DNA of 64,000 nucleotides. Source: Candidatus Gottesmanbacteria bacterium (GTDB lineage: Bacteria > Patescibacteriota > Microgenomatia > UBA10105 > UBA927). Below are positions 49,419-58,890 of this stretch, in pieces. The stretch lies in assembly GCA_023245335.1 (NCBI GenBank), contig JAHFKK010000001.1, forward strand, positions 619,282-683,281, read 5' to 3'. Position 1 is the stretch's first letter. Each line of letters begins with the position of its first letter. The position numbers and the translations under genes were made by a program. Below the pieces are notes generated by a model that was not told the DNA's origin, searched no databases, and was given only the letters and a program-made list of their open reading frames with translations.

Positions 49419-50699
49419 ATGATTATGCGAGCAAAAAGACCTCATATTGGCAATCGAAATGATAAAATAAACCAGCCCCGACCTCTAAATAAAAATACTT
49501 CAGTCGTATTCGCAACATTCTCACTTCATATTCGAGGGAGAAGATTATCTAATAACGGCAACGTAGAGCCGTTACGAGATTTTCTCATCTCAAGGATTAA
49601 AAGGTTTGTGTTAATAGAACAACCTCTTCCTGGAAGCGATTACGTCATGCCCAAAATAGCAGTTTATGAGCACAACAGACTTGCAAAATTAACACGTTCT
49701 TCTTGGTGGCTATACATTCTCTATCCCTTATTGTCTTTGACTAATGCGAATGGAACCCAAGTCAGCTTTAAGATAAGGGATTTTTTAGCGGTACTTGATT
49801 GGTGCCTGCGAGAAAAATCTAAGATTGATTATATGATCGGAATGGAGTCTATCAATACGCTCGCAGGGATTATTTTACGGAAATTCAACATTGTCCGTAA
49901 AGTAGTCTATTATGAATTTGACTACTCCCCGAAGCGATATACACAGTCCTGGTTTAATTGGATTTATTTACAACTTGATAAATTTTGCGCTACTCACGCT
50001 GATTATATCTGGGAAGTATCGAAAGCAATGCATACCGCTCGAATAGACGCGGGATTTACTCCTCATAAGTCCGCATCAGTGATACATGTTCCTATCGGCC
50101 TTTACCCGCAGCAAATAAAAAACGTTCCAGAGCATATGAATAGGATGTTTAAGTTAGTATATATGGGAACGTTGGGGACCGATAACGGCCCTGAACTGGC
50201 GATAGAATCAATCCCAATTATCGCAAGGAAATTTCCTTCAGTTTGTCTCTACATCATAGGGGACGATAACAACAATCTAGTGAGGCTTACGGCTATAGTA
50301 CGAAGTCTGAAGATTGAACGAAATGTCAAATTTATGGGCCTCATGACTAATAGAGAAGAAATAGCAACTTTGATGAGTCGTATGTATATAGCGTTGGCCC
50401 CGTATAGGGCAATTTCTGGGTCGCCAAGATACTATGCCGACTCAAGTAAAATTCGTGCTTATTTTGGTGCAGGTTTACCCGTGATCACAACTGCAGTTCC
50501 GCCGTTGGGGATAGAGGCAGCTAAAAAGGGTGCGGCCCTCATAGTGAAAGACGACGCCCAAGATATCGCCCAAGCCGTAATAAAGCTTTTTACTAACCAT
50601 AAGAGATATTCCGACATGAGAAATAAAGCAGTTGAATTTGCCAAAGACAATACGTTCGAAAAAGGGTTTACACGCGCATTTTCCCAAATGACATTGTAA
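49419..50699 (+). CDS. GT4-like glycosyltransferase (paralogue of 46404..47558)
   Basis: The track ORF begins at 49386. The Met at 49419 is preceded by 'agggga' and clears the upstream stop. The C-terminal domain carries 'YMGTLGTDNGPELAIES' and 'ALAPYRA'. Confidence 0.65.
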   Translation: MIMRAKRPHIGNRNDKINQPRPLNKNTSVVFATFSLHIRGRRLSNNGNVEPLRDFLISRIKRFVLIEQPLPGSDYVMPKIAVYEHNRLAKLTRSSWWLYILYPLLSLTNANGTQVSFKIRDFLAVLDWCLREKSKIDYMIGMESINTLAGIILRKFNIVRKVVYYEFDYSPKRYTQSWFNWIYLQLDKFCATHADYIWEVSKAMHTARIDAGFTPHKSASVIHVPIGLYPQQIKNVPEHMNRMFKLVYMGTLGTDNGPELAIESIPIIARKFPSVCLYIIGDDNNNLVRLTAIVRSLKIERNVKFMGLMTNREEIATLMSRMYIALAPYRAISGSPRYYADSSKIRAYFGAGLPVITTAVPPLGIEAAKKGAALIVKDDAQDIAQAVIKLFTNHKRYSDMRNKAVEFAKDNTFEKGFTRAFSQMTL

Positions 50700-50711
50700 A
50701 ATAACAAATAT

Positions 50712-51599
50712 ATGAAGAAAGTTTTTGATTACGAAGAAACATTTATGGGGCTCACACCCGACAGATCCCCAGGTTTGGACAGAAGAATATATCAATACGA
50801 TCATAGGTTTAGGAAATTTGTTGACACCGTAAAATTAGCAAAAGGCAGAATAATCGATGTGGGTTGTGGGGGAGGCTCATTTATAGAAAGTCTGGCTAAT
50901 TATTATCCAAACGTACACATGTACGGCTGTGATATAAGTAAAAAAGCTATTTTTTACGCAAAAAAAACCGGCAGCGGGAAGGTTAACTATGGTGTGATTC
51001 GCAATGGTAAATTTCCTTATAAAGACGATTTTTTTGATGTGTTGATATGCGTAGATGTCTTGGAACATGTTCCGGACGTACATTTTTTTCTTAATGAAGT
51101 CCGGCGAGTGCTTAAGAAGAAAGGATTATTCTACCTGGCGGTTCCTTGTGAAGGAGAACCTCTGACTTATACGTGGTTCTTGCAAAAGATCGGTATCGGA
51201 GACAAACTAACGTTTAAACATTTTGGGCATATTCATCCGGAATTTACGCACCGATTTGTACGTAAACTACTTAACCAGCATAAGCTAAAGATAGTGGATA
51301 CTTCTTACGATATGCACTTTTTATCCCAAGTATTTATGCTGTTGCAATATTTTCTACCTAAGGAATTGCTTAATGTTGTATTGGGCAACAATAGGGCTGC
51401 TAAATACTATGATAAGTCGGTAGTGATAGCTGAAAATCAAAAAAAGCTGCAAAAGGATCCAATTTATATCTTTAGAGAAGTCTGGTTTGGAATTTGGAGG
51501 ATGTTGAGCCCGGTCAGCTTATTTGAATTCATTTTATTTAATAAAGTAAGTATCACAAGCTGGAGATTGCTTGCTCTCTCTCAAAAGCTTGAGAAATAA
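50712..51599 (+). CDS. Class I SAM-dependent methyltransferase
   Basis: 295 aa with motif I 'IIDVGCGGGSFIESL' and 'ICVDVLEHV'. Confidence 0.65.
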   Translation: MKKVFDYEETFMGLTPDRSPGLDRRIYQYDHRFRKFVDTVKLAKGRIIDVGCGGGSFIESLANYYPNVHMYGCDISKKAIFYAKKTGSGKVNYGVIRNGKFPYKDDFFDVLICVDVLEHVPDVHFFLNEVRRVLKKKGLFYLAVPCEGEPLTYTWFLQKIGIGDKLTFKHFGHIHPEFTHRFVRKLLNQHKLKIVDTSYDMHFLSQVFMLLQYFLPKELLNVVLGNNRAAKYYDKSVVIAENQKKLQKDPIYIFREVWFGIWRMLSPVSLFEFILFNKVSITSWRLLALSQKLEK

Positions 51600-51613
51600 T
51601 ACCAAGTGGGAAA

Positions 51614-54600
51614 ATGATTAAATATTGGACCAAATATAAAGAAATTTTCTTCCTTCTACTGATAAGTTTAATTCCCCTTTTGTGGTATGGGACCGGATCC
51701 CACCAGCTCATATTTAGTAATGACGTCGGTTATAATTTAAACCCGGTCGGATTATTCAAATCTAAATTGTTCGCGTGGGAAAGCACATTGAATTTCGGCT
51801 CCACCCAGGCGGAATTAACTGGTTTCATTCCCAATTTCAGTATAGAGGCTCTTCTGACGTTATTAAGTCATTCCGTTTTTAACGCTCAAAAAATATACGT
51901 CGTAAGTTGGTTTTTCACAATTATGATTGTCATGTATTGGTTTGTGAAAAAGATTCCGGTGTTTGCCAACAAACCCTATATGGCGTTTATGGCGGCTGTG
52001 CTCTTCGGTATAAATCATTTTCAGCTTTACGCCTGGAGAATATTTTGGAGAGGCTTATTTTCAACCTATGTGACCCTGCCGATATTTTTTATTTTATTGA
52101 CTGAATATTTTGAGGAGAGAAGAAGTCTTATACGGACGTCAATTTTTATTTCGCTTACATTATTTTTATTTAACGGCGGTGGATCTCCTCCGACATTTGG
52201 TGCCCTTATTTTATTGGTGCTGACTCTAGTTTTGTACTATTTCCTTTCCGGATTATTGCATAAGAGTGCTATACATTTCCTGAAGAAATGTACACTTCTT
52301 TTCATTGTCGCCGGGCTGTTCACGTTTTTAATTTCCTCATATTGGTTACTTCCATACATTTATTACGCGAAAAATTCTTATTCAACGATTGTTAGCGGGA
52401 TCGGGGGCGTGTTGCAGACACTGGCCTGGACTGACGTTGTGAGCGCTAACACGAGCATTTTAAATCTATTGAGAGCGAGCGGTACTGCTTTATGGGGTGC
52501 GGATGTGGCAGGATATGCACAGGTTTATTCTCAGAACCCGTTTTTCATTATTCTAAGCTATCTGGCGCCGGTATTAGCGCTGTCAGCAATTATCGTAGCC
52601 AAAAAAAGCAGCGAGAGGAAATACATTTATATATTTTCCGTATTTGTAGTCATTGCTGTGCTTTTTTCCGCCGGAACGCATGCTCCGTTGAGAGGATTTT
52701 ATGTGTTTTTACTGAAAACAATACCTGGGTATGTTATTTTTCGGTCTCCGATTTGGAAATTCGGCGGGTTATTATGGTTTTCATATGCAGTTTTAATCTC
52801 ATTTACTATTAGCACCTTCAAAGAACGGATATACGCGTATTCTGATCGAATGAAGGAGGTGAAAAAATTGATTTCACATCTCATTCCCGTAATGTTTCTA
52901 GTAATAGTTTTTGGCTACAATTTTCCATTTTTCAATGGAAATTTTTATAAGTGGAATGTGGGATTAGATATTATGGAGGAAATCCCCCAGTATGTTTTGG
53001 ATTTTGGAAAGTGGGTAGATACAAATCTAAATGACGACTCAAGAACATTACTTTTGCCCGATTTGAATACTAATTGGAGAGCTGAGGCGTATAAGTGGGG
53101 TTATTGGAGTTTAGGTCCTGCGACTTATTACGTAACAACGAAGAATACTCTCACAAACGAATCTAGCCTGATTAATAAAGAACCGCCAATAGTAGATAGT
53201 TTATATGCTGCGTTACGAAACAATGACCCCATCTGGCTAAATTTGGCTAAATTACTGAATGTCCGGTACCTGCTTTTACAAAACGATTTTTTTTACAATT
53301 TAAGTTGGCAACCTACCACACCCCCGTCGGTTTATAAGAGTATTCTCACAAACAGTAAGGACGTAGCACCGCTACAGACATTTGCCGAATGGGAATTATA
53401 TAAAGTAACGGGTAATACAACGCCGATTATATATACACCGACGGTACTAAATTTCGCCGGAACGGACGGGACTGCAATAAAAGACATATTGGAAATTAAT
53501 AGCAATAGGAGCCTTAGCGCAAGGCCGCTTATCGTATTCTTGGATGACTCCATAACAGACAAAGTGAAAAACAATCTTCCTGAGGGAAATAATGTAATAA
53601 TTCAGGCCAAGTGCGTATTGTGTAAACCTGAAGAAATTACTAGCGTGACAAATAGCATCTTTTCAGAAATACCCTATGCAAGTTTACTTCCCGATTCAGT
53701 CTTTTATTTTTATATTTCATGGAAGGAAGATAGGATGCTCAAAAATACCAGTAACTTTGCCGACCAAAGAATCGATGTCGACTTAGCCCTTGCGGACAAG
53801 CGTCTGTCAGAAATAAATCAGTTAATAAGCAGGAAGGATAGATCAGGATCGAACGATTTAATTAAACTTACCGCTCAGAGATATAGTAATTTACTTGCAG
53901 ATATTATGCGTCAGCAAACGAACCTTTCAGAAAGTGCAAGAAATGACTATCTTGTTCGTATTTTGGAATACCTAGAAGCGCAAAGAAGATATATACGTGA
54001 GATTAGTGATCAAAACATGATTTCTAAATTGATACCGGATCTATCATATTCTATTTTAAGGGCGACACAGGAAATTAAAACAAATGTATGGATGACAAAT
54101 GAGGAGAATGACCAAAAGTTTACCGTTAACTTAGACAAGGCTGATAATTATTCCTTAACTATCTCGAACAATAAGGGCAAGCAGACAAGCGTTTTTATCG
54201 ACGGCAATCGACAAACCGCCGAAGATACTGTTTTTTTAACGCAGGGTGTTCATCAGGTGGAATTAAGGAGTCCCAATGATAATCTGGTTGATAGTCAGCA
54301 CGCAACATCTAGCGGTCAATATGATCTCAACTATGGGGAAAAAGTAAGTTTCCCCGTTTCGGGATTCTCCGGTCAAAATACTTATCAAATCAAGTTTAAT
54401 TATAGAATCATTCAGGGAAAAGCTCCGAGTGTCATTCTTCACCAGGACAATGATGAGAAAAGTATCGGGACGGATTTGTCATCCGATAACAGTCTGAAAG
54501 ATGATGGAAAGTGGAATAATTTTACAAAGGTTTTTTCATCTAATGTAGATGCAAAATCTGGCGTTATAGATATTATAAAAATGGGTTTTGATAACAGCGA

Positions 54601-55141
54601 AAGTATATTTGAAATTAGTAATCTGACCGTTAATGAAATGGTAACGCCGCAATTGCTTTTCGTTCGAAAATCAGGTGGGTCTAGTCTTTATGCTCCACGA
54701 ATCACTTTCCAAAAACTTAGCCCAATCAGATATAGAGTCCATGTCGAAAACGCCACAGCTCCATATTTCTTAAATTTTGGCGAGCAGTTTGACAGGTCTT
54801 GGGAGATATATATGAAGAACTCTCAACCCCTCTCTCTGAGGGACGGTCATTTTACCTCGTATTTTAATGGTGATGTTAAAGAAATACGTCCGCAAAATAT
54901 TTTTCTTGACAGAGAACTTTTTACCGATGTGATGTCGAAAGCATCAGGCGGAAATTTTCATTTCCAGACCAACGGATTTGGTAACGGTTGGTACATTACT
55001 AAAATAGGAACCTATGACATAAGTATTGTGTATTGGCCTCAAGTATTTTATTATTTTGGCATTATTATTTCCGGAATAATACTTTTAATAAGTCTCGCGA
55101 TTTTATTTAAACTAAACAAATTAAATGATAAACAAAATTAA
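51614..55141 (+). CDS. Giant integral membrane protein (1175 aa): polytopic N-terminal domain, about 700 aa extracytoplasmic region, C-terminal TM anchor; putative GT-C-like enzyme of unassigned family
   Basis: Long uninterrupted ORF. About 12 N-terminal TM helices are followed by a large hydrophilic region. The C-terminal 'GTYDISIVYWPQ' plus the TM 'YYFGIIISGIILLISLAILF' echoes the YfhO C-terminal module. Confidence 0.6.
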   Translation: MIKYWTKYKEIFFLLLISLIPLLWYGTGSHQLIFSNDVGYNLNPVGLFKSKLFAWESTLNFGSTQAELTGFIPNFSIEALLTLLSHSVFNAQKIYVVSWFFTIMIVMYWFVKKIPVFANKPYMAFMAAVLFGINHFQLYAWRIFWRGLFSTYVTLPIFFILLTEYFEERRSLIRTSIFISLTLFLFNGGGSPPTFGALILLVLTLVLYYFLSGLLHKSAIHFLKKCTLLFIVAGLFTFLISSYWLLPYIYYAKNSYSTIVSGIGGVLQTLAWTDVVSANTSILNLLRASGTALWGADVAGYAQVYSQNPFFIILSYLAPVLALSAIIVAKKSSERKYIYIFSVFVVIAVLFSAGTHAPLRGFYVFLLKTIPGYVIFRSPIWKFGGLLWFSYAVLISFTISTFKERIYAYSDRMKEVKKLISHLIPVMFLVIVFGYNFPFFNGNFYKWNVGLDIMEEIPQYVLDFGKWVDTNLNDDSRTLLLPDLNTNWRAEAYKWGYWSLGPATYYVTTKNTLTNESSLINKEPPIVDSLYAALRNNDPIWLNLAKLLNVRYLLLQNDFFYNLSWQPTTPPSVYKSILTNSKDVAPLQTFAEWELYKVTGNTTPIIYTPTVLNFAGTDGTAIKDILEINSNRSLSARPLIVFLDDSITDKVKNNLPEGNNVIIQAKCVLCKPEEITSVTNSIFSEIPYASLLPDSVFYFYISWKEDRMLKNTSNFADQRIDVDLALADKRLSEINQLISRKDRSGSNDLIKLTAQRYSNLLADIMRQQTNLSESARNDYLVRILEYLEAQRRYIREISDQNMISKLIPDLSYSILRATQEIKTNVWMTNEENDQKFTVNLDKADNYSLTISNNKGKQTSVFIDGNRQTAEDTVFLTQGVHQVELRSPNDNLVDSQHATSSGQYDLNYGEKVSFPVSGFSGQNTYQIKFNYRIIQGKAPSVILHQDNDEKSIGTDLSSDNSLKDDGKWNNFTKVFSSNVDAKSGVIDIIKMGFDNSESIFEISNLTVNEMVTPQLLFVRKSGGSSLYAPRITFQKLSPIRYRVHVENATAPYFLNFGEQFDRSWEIYMKNSQPLSLRDGHFTSYFNGDVKEIRPQNIFLDRELFTDVMSKASGGNFHFQTNGFGNGWYITKIGTYDISIVYWPQVFYYFGIIISGIILLISLAILFKLNKLNDKQN

Positions 55142-55493
55142 TACATCATATAAACACGTCCTAGCGTATCTTGATACGTATCATGTTAAGTTTATATTTA
55201 TTATATTGAGCGTGTTAATGTTGGACGCGGTATATAAAATACCATACATTAATATTTTTTTCTCTCAGGAGCTGTTTTTTTTGCTCGAGTGGATCATTAT
55301 CATTAATGTATTAGAATTTTCTCATAATGTCTCGTTCTATATGGCTCTATTACTATTGGGTTTTGCCATGTTACTTATGATTACAAAAAGTGATCAGACC
55401 GCCGAAAAAATGGGGAATTTTGCTTTTATCGTATTTACGGTCGGCCTCGGGCAGGCTATTTGGTCTAATTTAAGAAAGGCTCCGGTGCTGTAA
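55125..55493 (+). CDS. Small hypothetical membrane protein (about 3 TM)
   Basis: 122 aa, hydrophobic. It overlaps the stop of the giant protein by 17 nt. No recognisable motif. Confidence 0.35.
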   Translation: MINKINTSYKHVLAYLDTYHVKFIFIILSVLMLDAVYKIPYINIFFSQELFFLLEWIIIINVLEFSHNVSFYMALLLLGFAMLLMITKSDQTAEKMGNFAFIVFTVGLGQAIWSNLRKAPVL

Positions 55494-55690
55494 TTTTCTC
55501 TTTTGTTTCTGTTCCTTTTAGTATCCTACTTCCTGATATGCATCCAGAACGAAGTTTTAAGTAGGCGGTCATCAGCTTGTTCGACTCGTACTTCTTCATT
55601 TTCGAAATGAATATAATATCGCAGATAATTGCATTATGTCATATACTTTATCGTATCAATTGTCTCGACACGAACATTTAGGGTAATCAT

Positions 55691-57751
55691 ATGAATCTGG
55701 TTATGAAAAAATTGTTATTAGTTTCAATATTTATTTTAGGTTTTCTTTTCCTGTTTTCTGGGATGGGCGTACACACGTCAGGAGATTGGCTATACCTGTA
55801 TCCGGAAACGGCAAAACAATTTTTGTTGACTCCAACGGTTTGGACATCACACTCCGGTCTGCTCGGAGGAGCGAACCTTTTTGTTACCGGGTTAGATTGG
55901 CTTTATAGTGCCTCCTCGAAAATTTTCCTCGTAGACCTTCATTTATCATGGTCTTTAATTGAACGATTACTTTGGTTTCTTCCGTTGTGGCTAATTGGGG
56001 CTGTCGGATCTGTCCGGTTCAGTAATAGGTTCAGTTCATCAGTCTTTGTATATCTTAGTTTACTATTTGTGTTTAACACGTATTTTCTTATGATTACCGG
56101 GGGAGGTCAGATGGGTGTGGCCTGGGGTTATGCGCTCGTACCGTGGGTATTAGACGGATTCTTTAATTTGTTCGATGCGCTTCGGATCAATTTGAAACAT
56201 TTATGGCACAAAACATATTTGGTGGCGATCGTATTTGGTATACAATTATTTTTTGATGCACGGATGGCGTACCTGACGCTGTTCGTAGTCGGTCTATATC
56301 TCATCTGGTTATTTGTAATTCGGGAGGCAGATAGATCTTTTCTCCTGCGTTGCTTGATAAGTTCTTTTATATTTGCGATTTCTGTTATCGGATTACATGC
56401 TTTTTGGCTGCTCCCGTTTATAAAATTTCCGGTTTCAATATCAGAATCGCTGGGTTCTGTATATACTTCTATAGATGCAGTTAAATTCTTCAGTTTTGCG
56501 GACTTTTCTCATGCGCTATCTCTCTTACATCCAAATTGGCCGGAAGATATTTTTGGAAAAACGTACTTTCTGCAGCCCGAGTTTCTTCTTCTTCCAATAA
56601 TTGCGTTTTCAGCTCTTTTATTTATTCGTGATAATTCCAAGGATAAGTGGCAGGAAATACAGATTCGTTTCTTCGCGATTCTCGCTATAGTCGGAGCCTT
56701 TTTGGCAAAAGGTACAAATCCACCGTTTGGCGGCCTATATGTATGGCTCTTTAACAGTATCCCGGGATTTGTCATGTTTCGAGACCCGACGAAGTTTTAT
56801 CTATTTATAGCCTTATCCTACTCAGTATTAATACCGTATGCATGTGCGCATATAAGTCAGGTAGTTTACACAGCCCTGAAACGCTCTGGTACACACATTC
56901 CGTTGCGAGTTCTGGCGGTTGGCGTTTTCGCCTTCTTTATCATAGGTTGGTCATATTTGCATAGAGAGTTATTACTTGGACGGCTTGGAGGTACGTTTAG
57001 ATCACAGGTTGTTCCGGTGGAATATATCCAACTGAAAGATTTTTTGACAGCAGATCTATCATACAAGCGTGTATTATGGGTGCCCTCAAAAAGCAGATTT
57101 GGGTTTTATTCTGATGATAAACCGGGTATATCGCTTCAAGCTATCAACGTAGCGAGCTCATCGTCGTTTATTTCCTGGATATCCGATCAGAAGCATGATG
57201 AAGAGCTTGCAAGGTATTCGGTTGCGTATATCGTTGTGCCGACGGATCCGCAGTCGGAATTATTTGTTAGTGATCGGAAATATGATCGTCAACTTCGGTT
57301 GTCAGTAATAAAGGCAATAGACGCGACCGGGAGATTCACACGCGTTACTTCGATACCTGACATTGCGGTTTACAAATCGAATAAATATTATGGGCACGCG
57401 TTTTGGGCTAATGATCCCAACATACCTGTCGTAATCAATCGTATAGAACCGACACATTACACGGTATCCATACCAAATCACAAGTCCTTAGAAGATTTAA
57501 TATTTTCCGAGTCGTTCGATCCTTACTGGGAGTTAATTATCAATGGTACTCGGATACGCCCGGTAAAAACAGTAGATGGTCTTCAGCAATATCGCCTTCA
57601 GGGCGGTGTGTATGGCCAGGCGATTATATATTACCGACCGCAGGGTTTTGAGTCCGTCGGGTTATGGATTTCAGGCATCACTCTTTTGACCATTGTCGTA
57701 TGGATTGGGTATGATAGTGTTATCTTATGGCACAAAAAGCGTGCGTCGTGA
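55691..57751 (+). CDS. Large integral membrane protein (686 aa) with C-terminal extracytoplasmic domain and terminal TM anchor; putative GT-C-like
   Basis: The N-terminal loop is loosely similar to that of the 1175 aa protein. The C-terminus 'GGVYGQAIIYYRPQ' is followed by the TM 'LWISGITLLTIVVWIG'. A roughly 200 nt AT-rich gap lies upstream. Confidence 0.55.
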   Translation: MNLVMKKLLLVSIFILGFLFLFSGMGVHTSGDWLYLYPETAKQFLLTPTVWTSHSGLLGGANLFVTGLDWLYSASSKIFLVDLHLSWSLIERLLWFLPLWLIGAVGSVRFSNRFSSSVFVYLSLLFVFNTYFLMITGGGQMGVAWGYALVPWVLDGFFNLFDALRINLKHLWHKTYLVAIVFGIQLFFDARMAYLTLFVVGLYLIWLFVIREADRSFLLRCLISSFIFAISVIGLHAFWLLPFIKFPVSISESLGSVYTSIDAVKFFSFADFSHALSLLHPNWPEDIFGKTYFLQPEFLLLPIIAFSALLFIRDNSKDKWQEIQIRFFAILAIVGAFLAKGTNPPFGGLYVWLFNSIPGFVMFRDPTKFYLFIALSYSVLIPYACAHISQVVYTALKRSGTHIPLRVLAVGVFAFFIIGWSYLHRELLLGRLGGTFRSQVVPVEYIQLKDFLTADLSYKRVLWVPSKSRFGFYSDDKPGISLQAINVASSSSFISWISDQKHDEELARYSVAYIVVPTDPQSELFVSDRKYDRQLRLSVIKAIDATGRFTRVTSIPDIAVYKSNKYYGHAFWANDPNIPVVINRIEPTHYTVSIPNHKSLEDLIFSESFDPYWELIINGTRIRPVKTVDGLQQYRLQGGVYGQAIIYYRPQGFESVGLWISGITLLTIVVWIGYDSVILWHKKRAS

Positions 57752-58668
57752 CGGGAGGGGCGGGATTTATCGGAAGTCATTTAGTCGATGCCTTACTTGA
57801 GAAAGGGTATCGTGTTATCGTCCTTGATAATCTCCTCACAGGGAAAGAAGACAATCTTTCCGAGGCCAAAAAGAATCCTCAGTTTACCTTCATCCGACAT
57901 GATGTAACTCAGACGCTTCCGGATATGGGAACCGTCGATTATATATATCATTTGGCCTCTCCTGCTTCGGTCGTCGATTATCAAAAGTTTGCGGAGGAAA
58001 CGGCATTAGTCAACTCGGTCGGCACACGTCTCATGCTGGAATATGCAAAAAATCATCATGCCCGTTTCTTATTTACGTCAACCAGCGAAGTCTACGGGGA
58101 TCCCAAAGAGCACCCTCAAAGTGAGTCGTACTGGGGCAACGTCAATCCCAACGGCGTCAGGAGCTGTTATGACGAGTCCAAACGGTACGGTGAGATGATG
58201 ACGATGCTCTACTATCGGAAATACAAGACAGATGTCCGGATTATTCGTATTTTTAACACCTACGGGCCAAGACTCAAGAAAGACGATGGTCGCGTCGTAT
58301 CCAATTTTATCAATCAGGCGTTGACGGGGGAGCCTCTCACCATCTACGGAAACGGGTCGCAGACGCGGTCGCCGTGCTACGTCAGTGATATGGTCTCCGG
58401 TCTTATCGCCGCGATGGAGAACGATGCCGCAACAGGCGAGGTAATCAATATCGGTAATCCCGAAGAATACACCATGATAGATCTTGCGAATAAAGTGAAG
58501 GCGATGACCGGCTCACAATCGGAAATAGTATACCTTGAATTGCCTGTTGATGACCCGACCAGGAGACGGCCTGATATAGCTAAGGCCATGAGAATTTTGG
58601 GTTGGAAGCCGACGGTTACCTTCGATGAAGGCCTCAAAAAGACGGTCGAGTATTATAAAAGTACATGA
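57727..58668 (+). CDS. uxs: UDP-glucuronate decarboxylase (UDP-xylose synthase)
   Basis: 313 aa with 'VVTGGAGFIGSHLVD', 'TSTSEVYGDPKEHPQSESYWGNVNPNGVRSCYDESKRYGE' and 'RIIRIFNTYGPR', which are highly characteristic of UXS. Confidence 0.85.
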   Translation: MAQKACVVTGGAGFIGSHLVDALLEKGYRVIVLDNLLTGKEDNLSEAKKNPQFTFIRHDVTQTLPDMGTVDYIYHLASPASVVDYQKFAEETALVNSVGTRLMLEYAKNHHARFLFTSTSEVYGDPKEHPQSESYWGNVNPNGVRSCYDESKRYGEMMTMLYYRKYKTDVRIIRIFNTYGPRLKKDDGRVVSNFINQALTGEPLTIYGNGSQTRSPCYVSDMVSGLIAAMENDAATGEVINIGNPEEYTMIDLANKVKAMTGSQSEIVYLELPVDDPTRRRPDIAKAMRILGWKPTVTFDEGLKKTVEYYKST

Positions 58669-58886
58669 AACTTCAGGATGTCCTCTTTTTGGTCACACTC
58701 GCGGTGCTTTTGTGGGTCAGGAAGCCCCGGTTGATGGCCTGGGCGGGAATCGGAAGTCTCGTTTTGGCGATTCCGCTTTTTGCACTCCGCATATTTTTCA
58801 CGGCAGAGCGGCTGACCTGGTACGCCGCCGCATTTTTTGGCTTTTTCATCCTTATTTCATACTTCAGGCCCCATACGGTACAATAA
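58665..58886 (+). CDS. Small hypothetical membrane protein (2 TM)
   Basis: 73 aa. ATGA overlap with the uxs stop. Two hydrophobic helices. It ends 4 nt before the galE start. Confidence 0.35.
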   Translation: MKLQDVLFLVTLAVLLWVRKPRLMAWAGIGSLVLAIPLFALRIFFTAERLTWYAAAFFGFFILISYFRPHTVQ

Positions 58887-58890
58887 CAGC

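Noticed and set aside
55494-55690. AT-rich roughly 200 nt gap upstream of the 686 aa protein containing a 'tataat' at 55612..55617
   Set aside because: It is probably a promoter region, but no -35 element at proper spacing could be identified by eye. I left it as an unscored observation rather than a feature.
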